53,002 nt of DNA from Bacteroidales bacterium (GCA_035389045.1 DAOORA010000025.1:1-53002), one strand, 5' to 3'. Positions 38,736 to 48,912 are shown, numbered from the stretch's first letter. Notes: generated from the sequence alone by a model not told the origin. Program-made: numbers and translations.

Positions 38736-38978
38736 ACCGGTGGAAATTAGCTCGTCAATATACCGGCTGTTTGTTACCGGAAAAATAGTTGTTAAAATAT
38801 GAAACAAAAGGTGTTTTCATAAGTTTTAAATTATAGTTTCTTATGCTCAGGCAGTATTTTGAAAGGGTTTCTTGTGCCTTTCAAAAAATGTTACTCAGGA
38901 AGGACTACCGGGAATTGCTGTAATATATAAGCTTTTTTGACGCCTTTTGTTTTCTTTGATATATAGCAGGACGGAAAA

Positions 38979-41477
38979 ATGAAGAGATCAGTTTTTATTG
39001 CTTTAGTCTTATTTTTTGCAGTATTTGTAGCACAGGCTCAGGATAAGCCGGGCCCGAAAAACGGGAACGGTAATTCCTTTAAGGGCTCTGTAACAGGCAT
39101 CGTGTTTGACAAAAAGACAAATACTCCTGTTGAATTTGCCAATGTCATCGTTTGCAAAAATTCAGATTCATCAATGGTGACAGGGGCGCTGACCAATTCA
39201 AAAGGAAGGTTCAGCATCGACAATGTGCCTTATGGTAAGTACTATATCAAAATTAATTTCATCGGCTACGGACCCCAAACGATATCTAATATAAGTATAA
39301 ATGATGATAATACTTATCTGAATATTCATACTGTTTATCTTGAAACTACGGCAACCAACCTTGATGCCGTTACTATTAGCGGGCAGAAGGATCAGGTGGA
39401 ATACAACCTTGACAAAAAAGTTATCAATGTTGACAAAAATCTGCTTACATCCGGTGGCACGGCGCTGGACATTATGCAGACCATACCTTCGGTAGATGTG
39501 GACATCGAAGGAAATGTCAGCCTGCGGGGTTCACAGAATGTGACCATATTTATTGACGGCCGCCCGTCGGGCCTTACCAGTCTTGATCAGATGCCCGCCA
39601 GCATGATCGAAAAAGTGGAGATTGTTACCAACCCTTCGGCACGCTACGACCCCGACGGTATGTCGGGCATCATCAATATCGTTACAAAACGCCGCCGCGA
39701 AGCCGGCTATAATGCAATGGTATCGGCTAACGCTGGTACAGGAGGAAAATATAGCTCTTCGGTAAATCTTGGTTATAACCTGAAAAAATTCAGTATTTAT
39801 ACCAATCTCGATTTTCGCAGAAACGGCATGAAAACCTATTACGACTCCTATCGCGAATTGTTTGACAAGGATACCGCTTATGTTTATAAGCAACTTTCCT
39901 CATCAAAACGTAAGGGTTTCTTCGGAAATTTTAAACTGGGCGCCGATTATTTTATAAATGATAAAAACACACTGTCGGTATACGGCGAATACAATGTCAG
40001 AAGATTCAATCCCTACGATACGACAGGTTATTTCAATTATGACTACAATGACCTGCTGAGCAATTATTACAACAGGCAGAATAATACAAAAGGGTCTCAT
40101 GGTGGTTATGAACTTGGCCTTGACTACAAAAAAGAGTTCAGGAAAAAAAATCAGGAGCTGCTGGTAAGTTTTTTTTACTCCAATTCGCCATCACTCACAG
40201 TTAATGAACTTACTACCGACTATTACAATGTGGATTTGACGCCAGGTAATACCCCTTCGCTGGTGCAGAAAAATTTCAGCGACAATTTATTCAGAAGGTT
40301 TTACGGACAGCTTGATTATGTTCACCCCATGGATAAATGGGGCAGGATAGAAACAGGATATAAAATTCAATTCCGTTTCAATAATCAGAATTACAAATCC
40401 TATAAGCAATTTCCAATAGTTGATAGCTGGGATTATGACGAAATAGCCAGCAATGCTTATAACTATTCCGAGCAATTACATTCAGCATACCTGATTTATG
40501 CCAATAGCATCAAAAAATTCAAATTTCAGGCTGGCTTGCGTGCCGAACAAGTGCTTACGATAATGGATCAAAAAACCATGGATTCAACTTATAAAAGCAA
40601 CTATTTTAATCTTTTTCCCACGGTTCATCTCAAATATGAGTTCAATGATAAACATGCTGTACAGATAAGTTACAGTCGCCGCGTAAACCGTCCGCGATCG
40701 GGCAACCTGAATCCTTTTATCAACAATTCCGATCCCATGAACCTGTCGGCCGGTAATCCATACCTCAAACCGGAGTTTACCAACTCCTTTGAATTAGGTC
40801 ACCTGATAAGTTTTAAAGAGACTTCATTTAATACTACCCTGTTTTATCGCGAAACAGACAACATGGTAACACGCGTATTGAACATTCTTGACAGCGGTGT
40901 TACCATTTCAACTTATAAAAACCTGGACAAGGGAAGTTCTTTCGGATTGGAGTTGATATATACTCAGGGTATATTCAAATGGTGGAAGATAAACGCCAAC
41001 TTCAGCCTGTTCGGTACAAAATATTTTGGCACTTCCGAAGTAGATGGATTTAATGATGTGCATCCCAGCTGGACGGCTAAAATTAATTCTTCCATGACTT
41101 TCTGGAAATCTTTCGATGTGCAGCTCGGCTTTAACTACAGGTCGGCTCACATTACAGCACAAAGCAGGGGAGACTTCCGCATGGGAGTAGGAACACCTGA
41201 TTTGCAAGGCCGGCAACTTGCCAATTACACGTTCGATGTGGGCCTCAAAAAAGATTTCTTAAAAAAATCGCTGATACTCACACTAAGGGTAAGTGATATC
41301 TTTAAAACAAATAAATCGCAAACTATTACCGAAGCCTCTGACTATTATGCCAATATCAGGCGATGGAGCGATTCGCGTGTGCTTTATTTGGGCGTATCTT
41401 ACCGAATCAATAAGGGCATAAAAGCCAGAAAAAAAATTCAGCATCAGGACGAAAACCTGGATGATCAGGAATATTAA
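38979..41477 (+). CDS. TonB-dependent receptor-like outer-membrane beta-barrel protein with a carboxypeptidase-regulatory-like N-domain
   Basis: PVEFANV..G.FSI, IGY; plug motifs IPSVDVD..SLRGS and IEKVEIVTNPSARYDPDGMSGIINI; barrel motifs SYSRRVNRP and GNPYLKPEF. Confidence 0.88.
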   Translation: MKRSVFIALVLFFAVFVAQAQDKPGPKNGNGNSFKGSVTGIVFDKKTNTPVEFANVIVCKNSDSSMVTGALTNSKGRFSIDNVPYGKYYIKINFIGYGPQTISNISINDDNTYLNIHTVYLETTATNLDAVTISGQKDQVEYNLDKKVINVDKNLLTSGGTALDIMQTIPSVDVDIEGNVSLRGSQNVTIFIDGRPSGLTSLDQMPASMIEKVEIVTNPSARYDPDGMSGIINIVTKRRREAGYNAMVSANAGTGGKYSSSVNLGYNLKKFSIYTNLDFRRNGMKTYYDSYRELFDKDTAYVYKQLSSSKRKGFFGNFKLGADYFINDKNTLSVYGEYNVRRFNPYDTTGYFNYDYNDLLSNYYNRQNNTKGSHGGYELGLDYKKEFRKKNQELLVSFFYSNSPSLTVNELTTDYYNVDLTPGNTPSLVQKNFSDNLFRRFYGQLDYVHPMDKWGRIETGYKIQFRFNNQNYKSYKQFPIVDSWDYDEIASNAYNYSEQLHSAYLIYANSIKKFKFQAGLRAEQVLTIMDQKTMDSTYKSNYFNLFPTVHLKYEFNDKHAVQISYSRRVNRPRSGNLNPFINNSDPMNLSAGNPYLKPEFTNSFELGHLISFKETSFNTTLFYRETDNMVTRVLNILDSGVTISTYKNLDKGSSFGLELIYTQGIFKWWKINANFSLFGTKYFGTSEVDGFNDVHPSWTAKINSSMTFWKSFDVQLGFNYRSAHITAQSRGDFRMGVGTPDLQGRQLANYTFDVGLKKDFLKKSLILTLRVSDIFKTNKSQTITEASDYYANIRRWSDSRVLYLGVSYRINKGIKARKKIQHQDENLDDQEY

Positions 41478-41538
41478 TCTTCAGAATAGCAAAAATTAAA
41501 AACAGTTTAATAAATTAAAACACACAATATCTTAAATA

Positions 41539-42618
41539 ATGAAAAAATTAATCAGCCTGTTGTTTTTGCTGACTACTCTTGTTCATTTTTTGTATTCGCA
41601 GAACAATACTCCGTCTGAAGCCATTGAATATGCAAAGCAGGGTATGAAACTCGCCGACCAGGGGAATTATGCTGAGGCCATAGTGCAATACAAAAAAGGC
41701 CGCACACTGGCGCCTGATAATTCACTATTCTTCTATGAGATCGCCCTGTCGTATTTCTCCCAGAAAAACTATGTTTCCTGCATTGCAACGCTGGATTCGG
41801 TAATCGGAAGGCCGGATGTGAACGACCAGTTTTATCAGCTTTTGGGCGCCTCCTGGGATGAATCGGGGAATCGTGATACGGCCCTGCTAATTTTTAAAAA
41901 GGGTATGGAAAAGTTCCCTAAAGCCGCAAACCTGAGCATGGAATGCGGCGTTATTGAATTTGCAGGAAAAAATTTTCAGGCAGCCCGCGGTTATTGGATT
42001 AATGGTACAGCGATGAACCCTGCTTTTCCGGATAATTACTATCATCTGGCAAAATTCTATGCCGATTCAGCGGATCGGATCCCTTCAATTTTATACTGTG
42101 AAACATACCTGAACCTGACAAGAAACACAGCCCAGGTGGCTGAAATAAATAAGCTGCTCTGTACCTTATATGGTAAATGTATACAGGTGCTTAAAGACAG
42201 CACCATTGTATTGCGGTTTTCGGATAATGATCTTTTTTCACAGGATAATCAGGACAGTGTCCCGGATTTTTGCAGGGCTGTGAAAATCACTTACCAGACC
42301 GTTGGCAATTCAATAAAAGATACCAGGGTAAAGGAAGGAATTGACGCCGTAATAATGGTAAGAGAATCATTCTTAAAGATATGGTTTGGCCAAAAATACC
42401 ATCTTAAGTATCCTTTTTCTTTGTTTGATTATGAGAAACAACTGACCGATGCGGGACTTTTTTCTGCTTATTCCCGGTGGCTATTGATGAAATGCGATGT
42501 GTTTGCTTTCAAACAATGGGTCAATGAAAACAAGGAACCTTATGCTGAATTTGTCGACTGGTACAAAAAAAATCCATTCAACAATACCAATATTCAGGCG
42601 GTACATATATGTAAATAG
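41539..42618 (+). CDS. secreted TPR-containing protein
   Basis: Signal peptide; N-terminal TPR-like helices (G..L.DQGNY.EAI..Y, YQLLGA, NYYHLA). Confidence 0.78.
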   Translation: MKKLISLLFLLTTLVHFLYSQNNTPSEAIEYAKQGMKLADQGNYAEAIVQYKKGRTLAPDNSLFFYEIALSYFSQKNYVSCIATLDSVIGRPDVNDQFYQLLGASWDESGNRDTALLIFKKGMEKFPKAANLSMECGVIEFAGKNFQAARGYWINGTAMNPAFPDNYYHLAKFYADSADRIPSILYCETYLNLTRNTAQVAEINKLLCTLYGKCIQVLKDSTIVLRFSDNDLFSQDNQDSVPDFCRAVKITYQTVGNSIKDTRVKEGIDAVIMVRESFLKIWFGQKYHLKYPFSLFDYEKQLTDAGLFSAYSRWLLMKCDVFAFKQWVNENKEPYAEFVDWYKKNPFNNTNIQAVHICK

Positions 42619-42761
42619 TTGGTTATACAGCTATATAACGGCAAAGGCTTGTTTTAAAAGTCAAATTCTGTGAGTACTTAGCCTTAGTGAAACTTAGGTG
42701 TATATGGTGATTTTTTGTGGTCCGATTATCTGTATTCACTGCAACGTATAGAAAAAAAATT

Positions 42762-43450
42762 AACCACGAAGTCGCACGAAGTACATTGACAAAAAGACAC
42801 AAAGAGAAATTTAAAAAATTAAATATCAAAAAAATATGCTTTATGCAGACCTTTGAGCGCCTTAGTGACAACCTTTGTGTTCCTTAGTGGTAAAAAAAAT
42901 AGAACCACGAAGTCGCACGAAGTAAATTCACAAAGGGACACAAAGAAAATTTAAAAAATTAAATATCAAAAAAATATGCTTTATACAGACCTTTGAGCGC
43001 TTTAGTGGTATAAAAAAGAAAACCACGAAGTCCGCCCCGGCAGACACGAAGTACATTCACGAAGGGACACAAGGGAAATTTAAAAAAATAAATATCAAAA
43101 AAATACTTTATGTAAACCTTGGAGCGCCTTTGTGCCATCCTTAGTGCGCCTTAGTGGTAAAAAAAAGAACCACGAAGTCAAACGAAGTACGTTCACGAAG
43201 GGACACAAGGGAAATTTAAAAAAATAAATATCAAAAAAATACTTTATGTAAACCTTGGAGCGCCTTTGTGCCATCCTTAGTGCGCCTTAGTGGTAAAAAA
43301 AAGAACCACGAAGTCAAACGGAGTACATTCACAAAGGGACACAAGGGAAATTTAAAAAAATAAATATCAAAAAAATATGCTTTATACAGACCTTTGAGCG
43401 CTTTAGTGGTATATAAAAAAGAAAACCACGAAGTCTGCCCCGGCAGATGA
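42762..43450. repeat. tandem array of five full and one partial hairpin units (118-147 bp)
   Basis: AACCACGAAGTC starts at 42762, 42903, 43021, 43168, 43304 and 43424; each unit has CAC(G/A)AAG sub-repeats, an A-rich loop and complementary CTT(T/A)GTG sub-repeats ending TAGTGGT. Confidence 0.95.
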
Positions 43451-43470
43451 AATTTTGAACTATCAAATAA

Positions 43471-43532
43471 CCTCCGTGTATCTCCGTGCCCTCCGTGTCA
43501 CTTCGACGAGCTCAGTGCATCGCTCCGTGGTT
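43471..43532. repeat. CTCCGTG sub-repeat arm interrupted by a CTTCGACGAGCTCAG REP-like palindrome
   Basis: CTCCGTG x3, insert CACTTCGACGAGCTCAGTGCATCG (43499-43522), then CTCCGTGGTT. Confidence 0.65.
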
Positions 43533-43597
43533 AAATAAATCGATAACTTTGACTTGGAATTTTGAGCTTGATACTTGAAATTCGGGTATTTCCTGTA

Positions 43598-46132
43598 TTA
43601 GAACTTAGCCACCAACTTAATATTAAACAACCTTTTGGTCAGTTCGTTGGGTACCGCATACTGCCTGTTATTCACATCTTTTACCCATAAATAGGAAATG
43701 GTGTTCATGCGGCCGAGAAGGTTGAAAACTTCACCAGATATCCAAAGGGATTTCAGAAACCGGAACGGATTTTTCCTGCTTAGTATGGTACTTTCGTCAA
43801 TCAATGATTTTGAAAAACCGATATCTACCCGGAAATAGGCCGGCATGCGCAGTGTGTCCATATATCTTTTATGTTCGGGAGGGCCAAACGGAAGCGGGCT
43901 GGCGTACACCATGTTCAGATGCATTTTAAAGGTTGGCCAGCGGGGAAAATGGTCCTGGAAAAACAGGTTTATATTCAGCAGTTGATCCGTTGGCCGCGGA
44001 ATATAGCCGGGCTGATGTACAATGCTGTCCACGGCTACATTATCAACAGTATAACCCTGTATGATTTTTTCGCCACTGGCATTATAATAATCTGTATAAG
44101 TTTCTCCGATAATCTTTTCACGGGTGCGCATCAGCGAAATGCCCAGCCATGATTCGTCACCCCTGACAAATTCTCCGTTGATCTTTAAGTCAATTCCTGT
44201 TGCATAGCCCTTTCCGTTGTTATTGGCAAAGTAACGGAGCCTCACATTGTCAATTTCATAGGGGATGAGGTTGTCAAGAACTTTATAATATACTTCGCCG
44301 ACAAATTTGAACGGACGGTTCCATAATTTGAAGTTCAGGTCGCTGCCCAGCAGGAAATGTATCGAACGCTGGGCTTTTACTTCCGGATGTATGGTTCCGT
44401 CGAAAGCACGGATTTCTTTGTAAAAAGGCGGCTGGTTGTACATACCTGTGGCGAAGCGGAACACCACATCTGTTTTCCAGTTTGGTTTGAATGATAAGTT
44501 GACCCTGGGGCTGATGCATACCTGGCCGTTATAGTTCCAGTACACTGCCCTTACTCCATAAGTAAGCAGTAATTCAGCGCTGTCGATGTTAAAGGTCCAT
44601 GTATCCTGAATAAAACCTGAAATACGGTTGCTTTGCATATTCACCCTGCTGTTGACCACTTCCTGCAAAAGCAGCGGACTTGCCGGCTGTAAAGCCGGAT
44701 TGGTGTAACCAACTGAATCGGGCATGTGCGGAAGCGTAAACCCCGATGAATCTACCATCTCCCATTCTTTCAGCTTGTCGTCAATGAGTTCATGCTGATA
44801 TTTCACTCCGAACTGCAGGTAATGATTTTTTTTGGTATATCCGCCTTTTACCTCGGAATTCAGTACGGTGGCGATCAGTTCGTCGCGGGCATGCTGCATA
44901 TGTGTTCCCACACCGAGCACTTCTTTCATTTCGCCGAAATCCTCTTCGCCAAAATCTGCTTCCAGCCTGCCGATAAGGTATTGTCCCTGAATGTCATAAC
45001 TTTGTGACTCCCTCGTCTGGTAAGCAGAATTGATCCATTTGAAGAATAAATCGGATTTTGGTTTATAGTTCAGTGAGAGCGCTCCGAGGTAGGTATTGAT
45101 ATAATCAACTTCTTTTCCGTCAAAATATATCTTCAGTTGGTACGATTCTTTTACGGTTCCGAACTGTGTTTCCCGCGATTCCGGGACTACCTGATATTTG
45201 TTGCGGGCGTAATTACCCAACAGGCTGATTTCTAGTTTTTTGCTTATCTGGTACGTGGTATACAACTGAACATCGGTAAAGGAAGGCCTGTATTGTCCTT
45301 TGGTTTCGAGTGCGTTCAGCACATACTGATTGGATTTTTGCCTGACGCCGAAAAGAAAAGTAAAACGTTCATTTTTTGAAGCGGCTTCCACATGTCCTGA
45401 AGCGCCCAGCAGGCTGAGCATGACTGACCCGCCGAATTTTCGGGGTTTTTTGTACTGAATATCAAGTACGGAAGACATTTTGTCGCCGTATTTGGCATCA
45501 AATCCGCCGGAGGAGAACAGAACCGATGAGGTGAGATCGGAATTTACAAAACTCAATCCTTCCTGTTGTCCCGACCGCAGAAGCAGTGGCCGGTATACCT
45601 CGACATCATTGACATAAACCAGGTTTTCATCGTAATTGCCTCCCCTGACGGAGTATGCCGAGCTGAGCTCGTTGCTGGAATAAACGCCCAGGCTTGTCTT
45701 TTTGATCAGTTCTTCGATGGCATTGCCTGACGTGGTCGGAATAAATGCTGCCTGCTTATGGTCTATTCGTGTTATAACCGCTCTTTCATCTTTTGCAATA
45801 TATTCAAAGGTTGGTATATCCGTGGAGGTGGACACTATGATCTGGTTCATCAGCCTTGTTTCGTCAGGGGCAAGTCTGACGTTGTGGGTGACCTTCTGGT
45901 ATCCGACAAAAGAAAACACAACAGTGATCTCCTGGTTGGCAGGGACGGTCAAATGATAATAACCATTTTTGTCGGTCGTCGCGCCGGTGGTTGTTCCCGG
46001 TATGGCCACGTTCACCAGTTCAACGGGCCTGGATTTTTCGTCGGTGACTTTTCCGGATATGGATGCCTTTTCCTGCCCTGTAACTCTGGTTACAAGGAAT
46101 AACATAATAATATAAAAAAGGCATTTTTTCAT
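43598..46132 (-). CDS. TonB-dependent receptor with a carboxypeptidase-regulatory-like N-domain
   Basis: GKVTD..PVELVNV..GATTDKNGYY..FSFVGY; plug NELSSAYSVRGGNYDENLVYVND, GGFDAKYGDKMSSVLDI; C-terminal Phe. Confidence 0.9.
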   Translation of the reverse strand: MKKCLFYIIMLFLVTRVTGQEKASISGKVTDEKSRPVELVNVAIPGTTTGATTDKNGYYHLTVPANQEITVVFSFVGYQKVTHNVRLAPDETRLMNQIIVSTSTDIPTFEYIAKDERAVITRIDHKQAAFIPTTSGNAIEELIKKTSLGVYSSNELSSAYSVRGGNYDENLVYVNDVEVYRPLLLRSGQQEGLSFVNSDLTSSVLFSSGGFDAKYGDKMSSVLDIQYKKPRKFGGSVMLSLLGASGHVEAASKNERFTFLFGVRQKSNQYVLNALETKGQYRPSFTDVQLYTTYQISKKLEISLLGNYARNKYQVVPESRETQFGTVKESYQLKIYFDGKEVDYINTYLGALSLNYKPKSDLFFKWINSAYQTRESQSYDIQGQYLIGRLEADFGEEDFGEMKEVLGVGTHMQHARDELIATVLNSEVKGGYTKKNHYLQFGVKYQHELIDDKLKEWEMVDSSGFTLPHMPDSVGYTNPALQPASPLLLQEVVNSRVNMQSNRISGFIQDTWTFNIDSAELLLTYGVRAVYWNYNGQVCISPRVNLSFKPNWKTDVVFRFATGMYNQPPFYKEIRAFDGTIHPEVKAQRSIHFLLGSDLNFKLWNRPFKFVGEVYYKVLDNLIPYEIDNVRLRYFANNNGKGYATGIDLKINGEFVRGDESWLGISLMRTREKIIGETYTDYYNASGEKIIQGYTVDNVAVDSIVHQPGYIPRPTDQLLNINLFFQDHFPRWPTFKMHLNMVYASPLPFGPPEHKRYMDTLRMPAYFRVDIGFSKSLIDESTILSRKNPFRFLKSLWISGEVFNLLGRMNTISYLWVKDVNNRQYAVPNELTKRLFNIKLVAKF

Positions 46133-46138
46133 CCAGTG

Positions 46139-46801
46139 TCAGTCTTCTCGTTTTTTTACTTTAAACTTCCCATCACGCCAGGCCTTGATGAATTGTGCCC
46201 AGGCAAAAGGATTCAGCAGGTTGTTGGGCTGCATTTGCCCGGCATAATATAGCTGGCTGACACGTTTGTCGATATAATTCCGGTAATTCATGGAGCTTCC
46301 CATGGCTACATCATCATAAAGCACCCGTTTTTCGATCTCGTTGATATTTTTTTTGGCACGTTCCAGATCGTCATCGGGGATGTTGAGGTCGGCAAAGGCT
46401 TGTTTGAACTGTTCGTAGGTCGGCCAGGGGTAAATGACCGTTTCATTCATGACCAGGGTGTCGGGCCGCATCACCTGTATGAGCGAATAATGCGGCACGG
46501 TAAGGGTGTCCGGGATAGTATAAAAAGCGGTTTTGTAGCCCAGTGCGCTGAAAATAATTTCATCTTTCGGATGGGCCACAAACGAAAAAAAGCCGTACAG
46601 GTCCGATATTGTTCCGTGCCAGGAATCTTTAATGAGGATGTTTACAAAGGGCACCGGCTTTAAGCTGTCTGCTGTGACCACGATACCTGAAAACTGTATA
46701 AGGGTGGTGTCGGAAATGACCTGTGAGGAACCATGAGTGGAGACCAGCAGTAAAAAGCTAATGACGGACAGTCGGATGATTTTCCGGAAACTTTTATACA
46801 T
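46139..46801 (-). CDS. carboxypeptidase-like regulatory domain protein
   Basis: QFSGIVVTADSLKPVPFVNI, GTISD.YGFFS, FSALGYK, IYPWPT.EQFK.AF, NLLNPFAWAQFI; ATG 46801 preferred because the ORF-track extension runs into the rpmB terminator. Confidence 0.82.
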   Translation of the reverse strand: MYKSFRKIIRLSVISFLLLVSTHGSSQVISDTTLIQFSGIVVTADSLKPVPFVNILIKDSWHGTISDLYGFFSFVAHPKDEIIFSALGYKTAFYTIPDTLTVPHYSLIQVMRPDTLVMNETVIYPWPTYEQFKQAFADLNIPDDDLERAKKNINEIEKRVLYDDVAMGSSMNYRNYIDKRVSQLYYAGQMQPNNLLNPFAWAQFIKAWRDGKFKVKKRED

Positions 46802-46883
46802 AAGGATTTTTTGCTGCAACAAACAAAAAGATTTTTGACGATTAAAACGGTATAAAAATAAAATTATTTCATGTCTCAACATT

Positions 46884-46920
46884 AAAAAAAAATGCTGCTG
46901 CAAAAGTGCAGCAGCATTTT
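46884..46920 (-). terminator. intrinsic terminator downstream of rpmB
   Basis: AAAATGCTGCTGCA-AAAG-TGCAGCAGCATTTT with a U-tract on the minus strand, 21 nt after the rpmB stop. Confidence 0.8.
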
Positions 46921-46941
46921 AATTTCATTCCGCAGTAATAC

Positions 46942-47181
46942 TTATTTGTTCAGAAATCCTTTTTCGCGGGCTTCTTTTATGCAGGCAGAGATGCCTTTTT
47001 TATCGATGGTACGCAATGCCGCAACAGACACTTTAAGAGTTATCCACTTATTTTCTTCCGGGATGAAGAATTTTTTTGTCTGCAGGTTGGGAACAAACTT
47101 ACGTTTGGTCTTTATGTTCGAGTGCGATACATTGTTACCAACGATCACTTTTTTTCCGGTTAATTCACATATTCTTGACAT
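46942..47181 (-). CDS. rpmB: 50S ribosomal protein L28
   Basis: MSRICELTGKKVIVGNNVSHSNIKTKRKFVPNLQ...LKVS..ALRTIDKKG. Confidence 0.97.
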   Translation of the reverse strand: MSRICELTGKKVIVGNNVSHSNIKTKRKFVPNLQTKKFFIPEENKWITLKVSVAALRTIDKKGISACIKEAREKGFLNK

Positions 47182-47316
47182 GGTACAAATTTTTTCTTAG
47201 TGAAAAGTTTACAAAATGGGGTGCAAAGGTCAGAAATATTTTTGAAAATACAAAATTATGGAAGAAAAATATTTTTTTGAACACCCGGGTGTAGAAAATA
47301 AGGTGTCCGCAATGGT

Positions 47317-48912
47317 TTAAAATATTGATTTTTTACCCGAGATTTTTTTGCCAAGAAGAACGCCTAAAAGTCCCCGTGTAACTTCACGGAAGATCGTTTT
47401 AGCCACCCCGCTGTTGGCGATTTTCTTTAAAGTTTTTCCTGTATCAGAAGTTGTCTGTTTGGGGACAGGTTTGCTTTTGGGCACTTTGACATCAGGATAT
47501 TTAATGTCAGGATAGGTCGGTTTGGGTTGGGACTCAGCTTGCTGAACGGGTTGTTCTGCGGAGGCAATTTTTGCCTTCAATAGTTCGTAGGCGCTTTCAC
47601 GGTCTATCTCTTCATTATAAAATTTTGCTATCCCGGACGCTGCGATTTTTTCATCCTGTTCTTCCGGTGTAATAATATCCATTCTCGATTGCGGGGCGCA
47701 CATCATGGTATGTACCAGCGGGGCCGGGATGCCTTTTTCGTTCAGCACGGTAACGAGGGCTTCGCCGGTGCCGAGCTCGGTGATGAGCTGGTCGGTGGCA
47801 TAAAAATCCGTCAGTGGGAAATTCTCGGCTACCAGCGTGATGTCTTTACGGTCTTTGGCCGTGAAGGCACGCAGCGCATGTTGTATTTTGGTGGCAAGCT
47901 GGCTGAGTATGATGGCGGGAATATCGGTAGGCGCCTGGGTACAGAAAAAAATACCTACGCCTTTGCTGCGGATCAGTTTTATGATGGTTTCGATCTGGTC
48001 CATCAGCGCACCGGAGGCCTCCTTGAAAATAAGATGTGCTTCATCAATGAAAATGACAAGTTTGGGCTCGCCTTTATCACCAATTTCAGGAAATTTGTTG
48101 TAAATTTCTGCCAGCAGGCAAAGCATAAAAGTGGAGAAAAGCTTCGGCCTGTCCTGGATGTCGGTGAGTCTCAGTATGTTGATGTATGCCTTGCCGTCGC
48201 TGGTTTTCTGAAGCAGGTCTTCTACTTCAAAGGATTTCTCGCCAAAAAACAGGTCGCCGCCCTGTTGTTCGAGTTCGAGCAGTTTGCGCATAACAACACC
48301 CGCAGAGGTCGGAGATATTAACCCGTAATTTTCCGCAACTTCTTTCTTGCCATCACCTGTCGAAACATAATTCAGTGCGGCGCGAAAGTCTTTTATATCA
48401 AGCAGTGGCAGCCGGTGGTCGTCGCAATATTTGAAGACTATGGCTACCGTTCCCTGCTGGTTTTCATTGAGTTCCAGGATTTTGGAAAACAACACCGGCC
48501 CGAATTCTGAAACGGTCGCTCTCAGGCGCAGCCCTTTTTCGTGCGAGATGGTCATCAGTTCGGTGGGATATTCACACGGTGCCCAGGGCAGGCCAATCAA
48601 ATCCATCCTTTCTTTGATCTTTGGGTTTTCAGCGCCTGCTTTCGAGATGCCGCTGACATCGCCCTTGATGTCCATCAGAAGCACATTGACGCCTTGTTCC
48701 GACAGGGATTCGGAAATACGTTGTATAGATTTTGTTTTACCCGTACCGGTAGCGCCGGCAATAAGCCCGTGCCGGTTGATGGTGGCCAGCGGCAGCCTTA
48801 TCAGCAAACCGGGTACAGCTTTTTTATCATACATTCCTCCGCCAAGAATAATGCTTTTACCCGAAAAAGAATATCCGGACTGAACCTGTTGTGTGAATTT
48901 TTCATGTGACAT
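47317..48912 (-). CDS. HerA-like / DUF853 (YjgR-family) ATPase
   Basis: NRHGLIAGATGTGKT, DIKGDVSG, RATVSEFGP, FIDEAHL, LIRSKGVG, QHALRAFT, LGTGEALV; ATG at 48912; promoter TATCTTTG at 48947-48954. Confidence 0.9.
   Translation of the reverse strand: MSHEKFTQQVQSGYSFSGKSIILGGGMYDKKAVPGLLIRLPLATINRHGLIAGATGTGKTKSIQRISESLSEQGVNVLLMDIKGDVSGISKAGAENPKIKERMDLIGLPWAPCEYPTELMTISHEKGLRLRATVSEFGPVLFSKILELNENQQGTVAIVFKYCDDHRLPLLDIKDFRAALNYVSTGDGKKEVAENYGLISPTSAGVVMRKLLELEQQGGDLFFGEKSFEVEDLLQKTSDGKAYINILRLTDIQDRPKLFSTFMLCLLAEIYNKFPEIGDKGEPKLVIFIDEAHLIFKEASGALMDQIETIIKLIRSKGVGIFFCTQAPTDIPAIILSQLATKIQHALRAFTAKDRKDITLVAENFPLTDFYATDQLITELGTGEALVTVLNEKGIPAPLVHTMMCAPQSRMDIITPEEQDEKIAASGIAKFYNEEIDRESAYELLKAKIASAEQPVQQAESQPKPTYPDIKYPDVKVPKSKPVPKQTTSDTGKTLKKIANSGVAKTIFREVTRGLLGVLLGKKISGKKSIF

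Noticed and set aside
42762..43450. CRISPR array
   Set aside because: Units are 118-147 bp and similar along their whole length; no unique spacers and no cas genes
46802..46903. N-terminal extensions in the ORF track (also 17053-17118, 19752-19790, 29403-29441, 9720-9737)
   Set aside because: They overlap promoters or terminators or use rare start codons; downstream ATGs give proper signal peptides or family starts
47689..48909. Long antisense ORFs opposite the HerA-like ATPase (and similar shadows opposite aspC, tag and saccharopine dehydrogenase)
   Set aside because: Shadow frames of well-supported genes with no independent motifs
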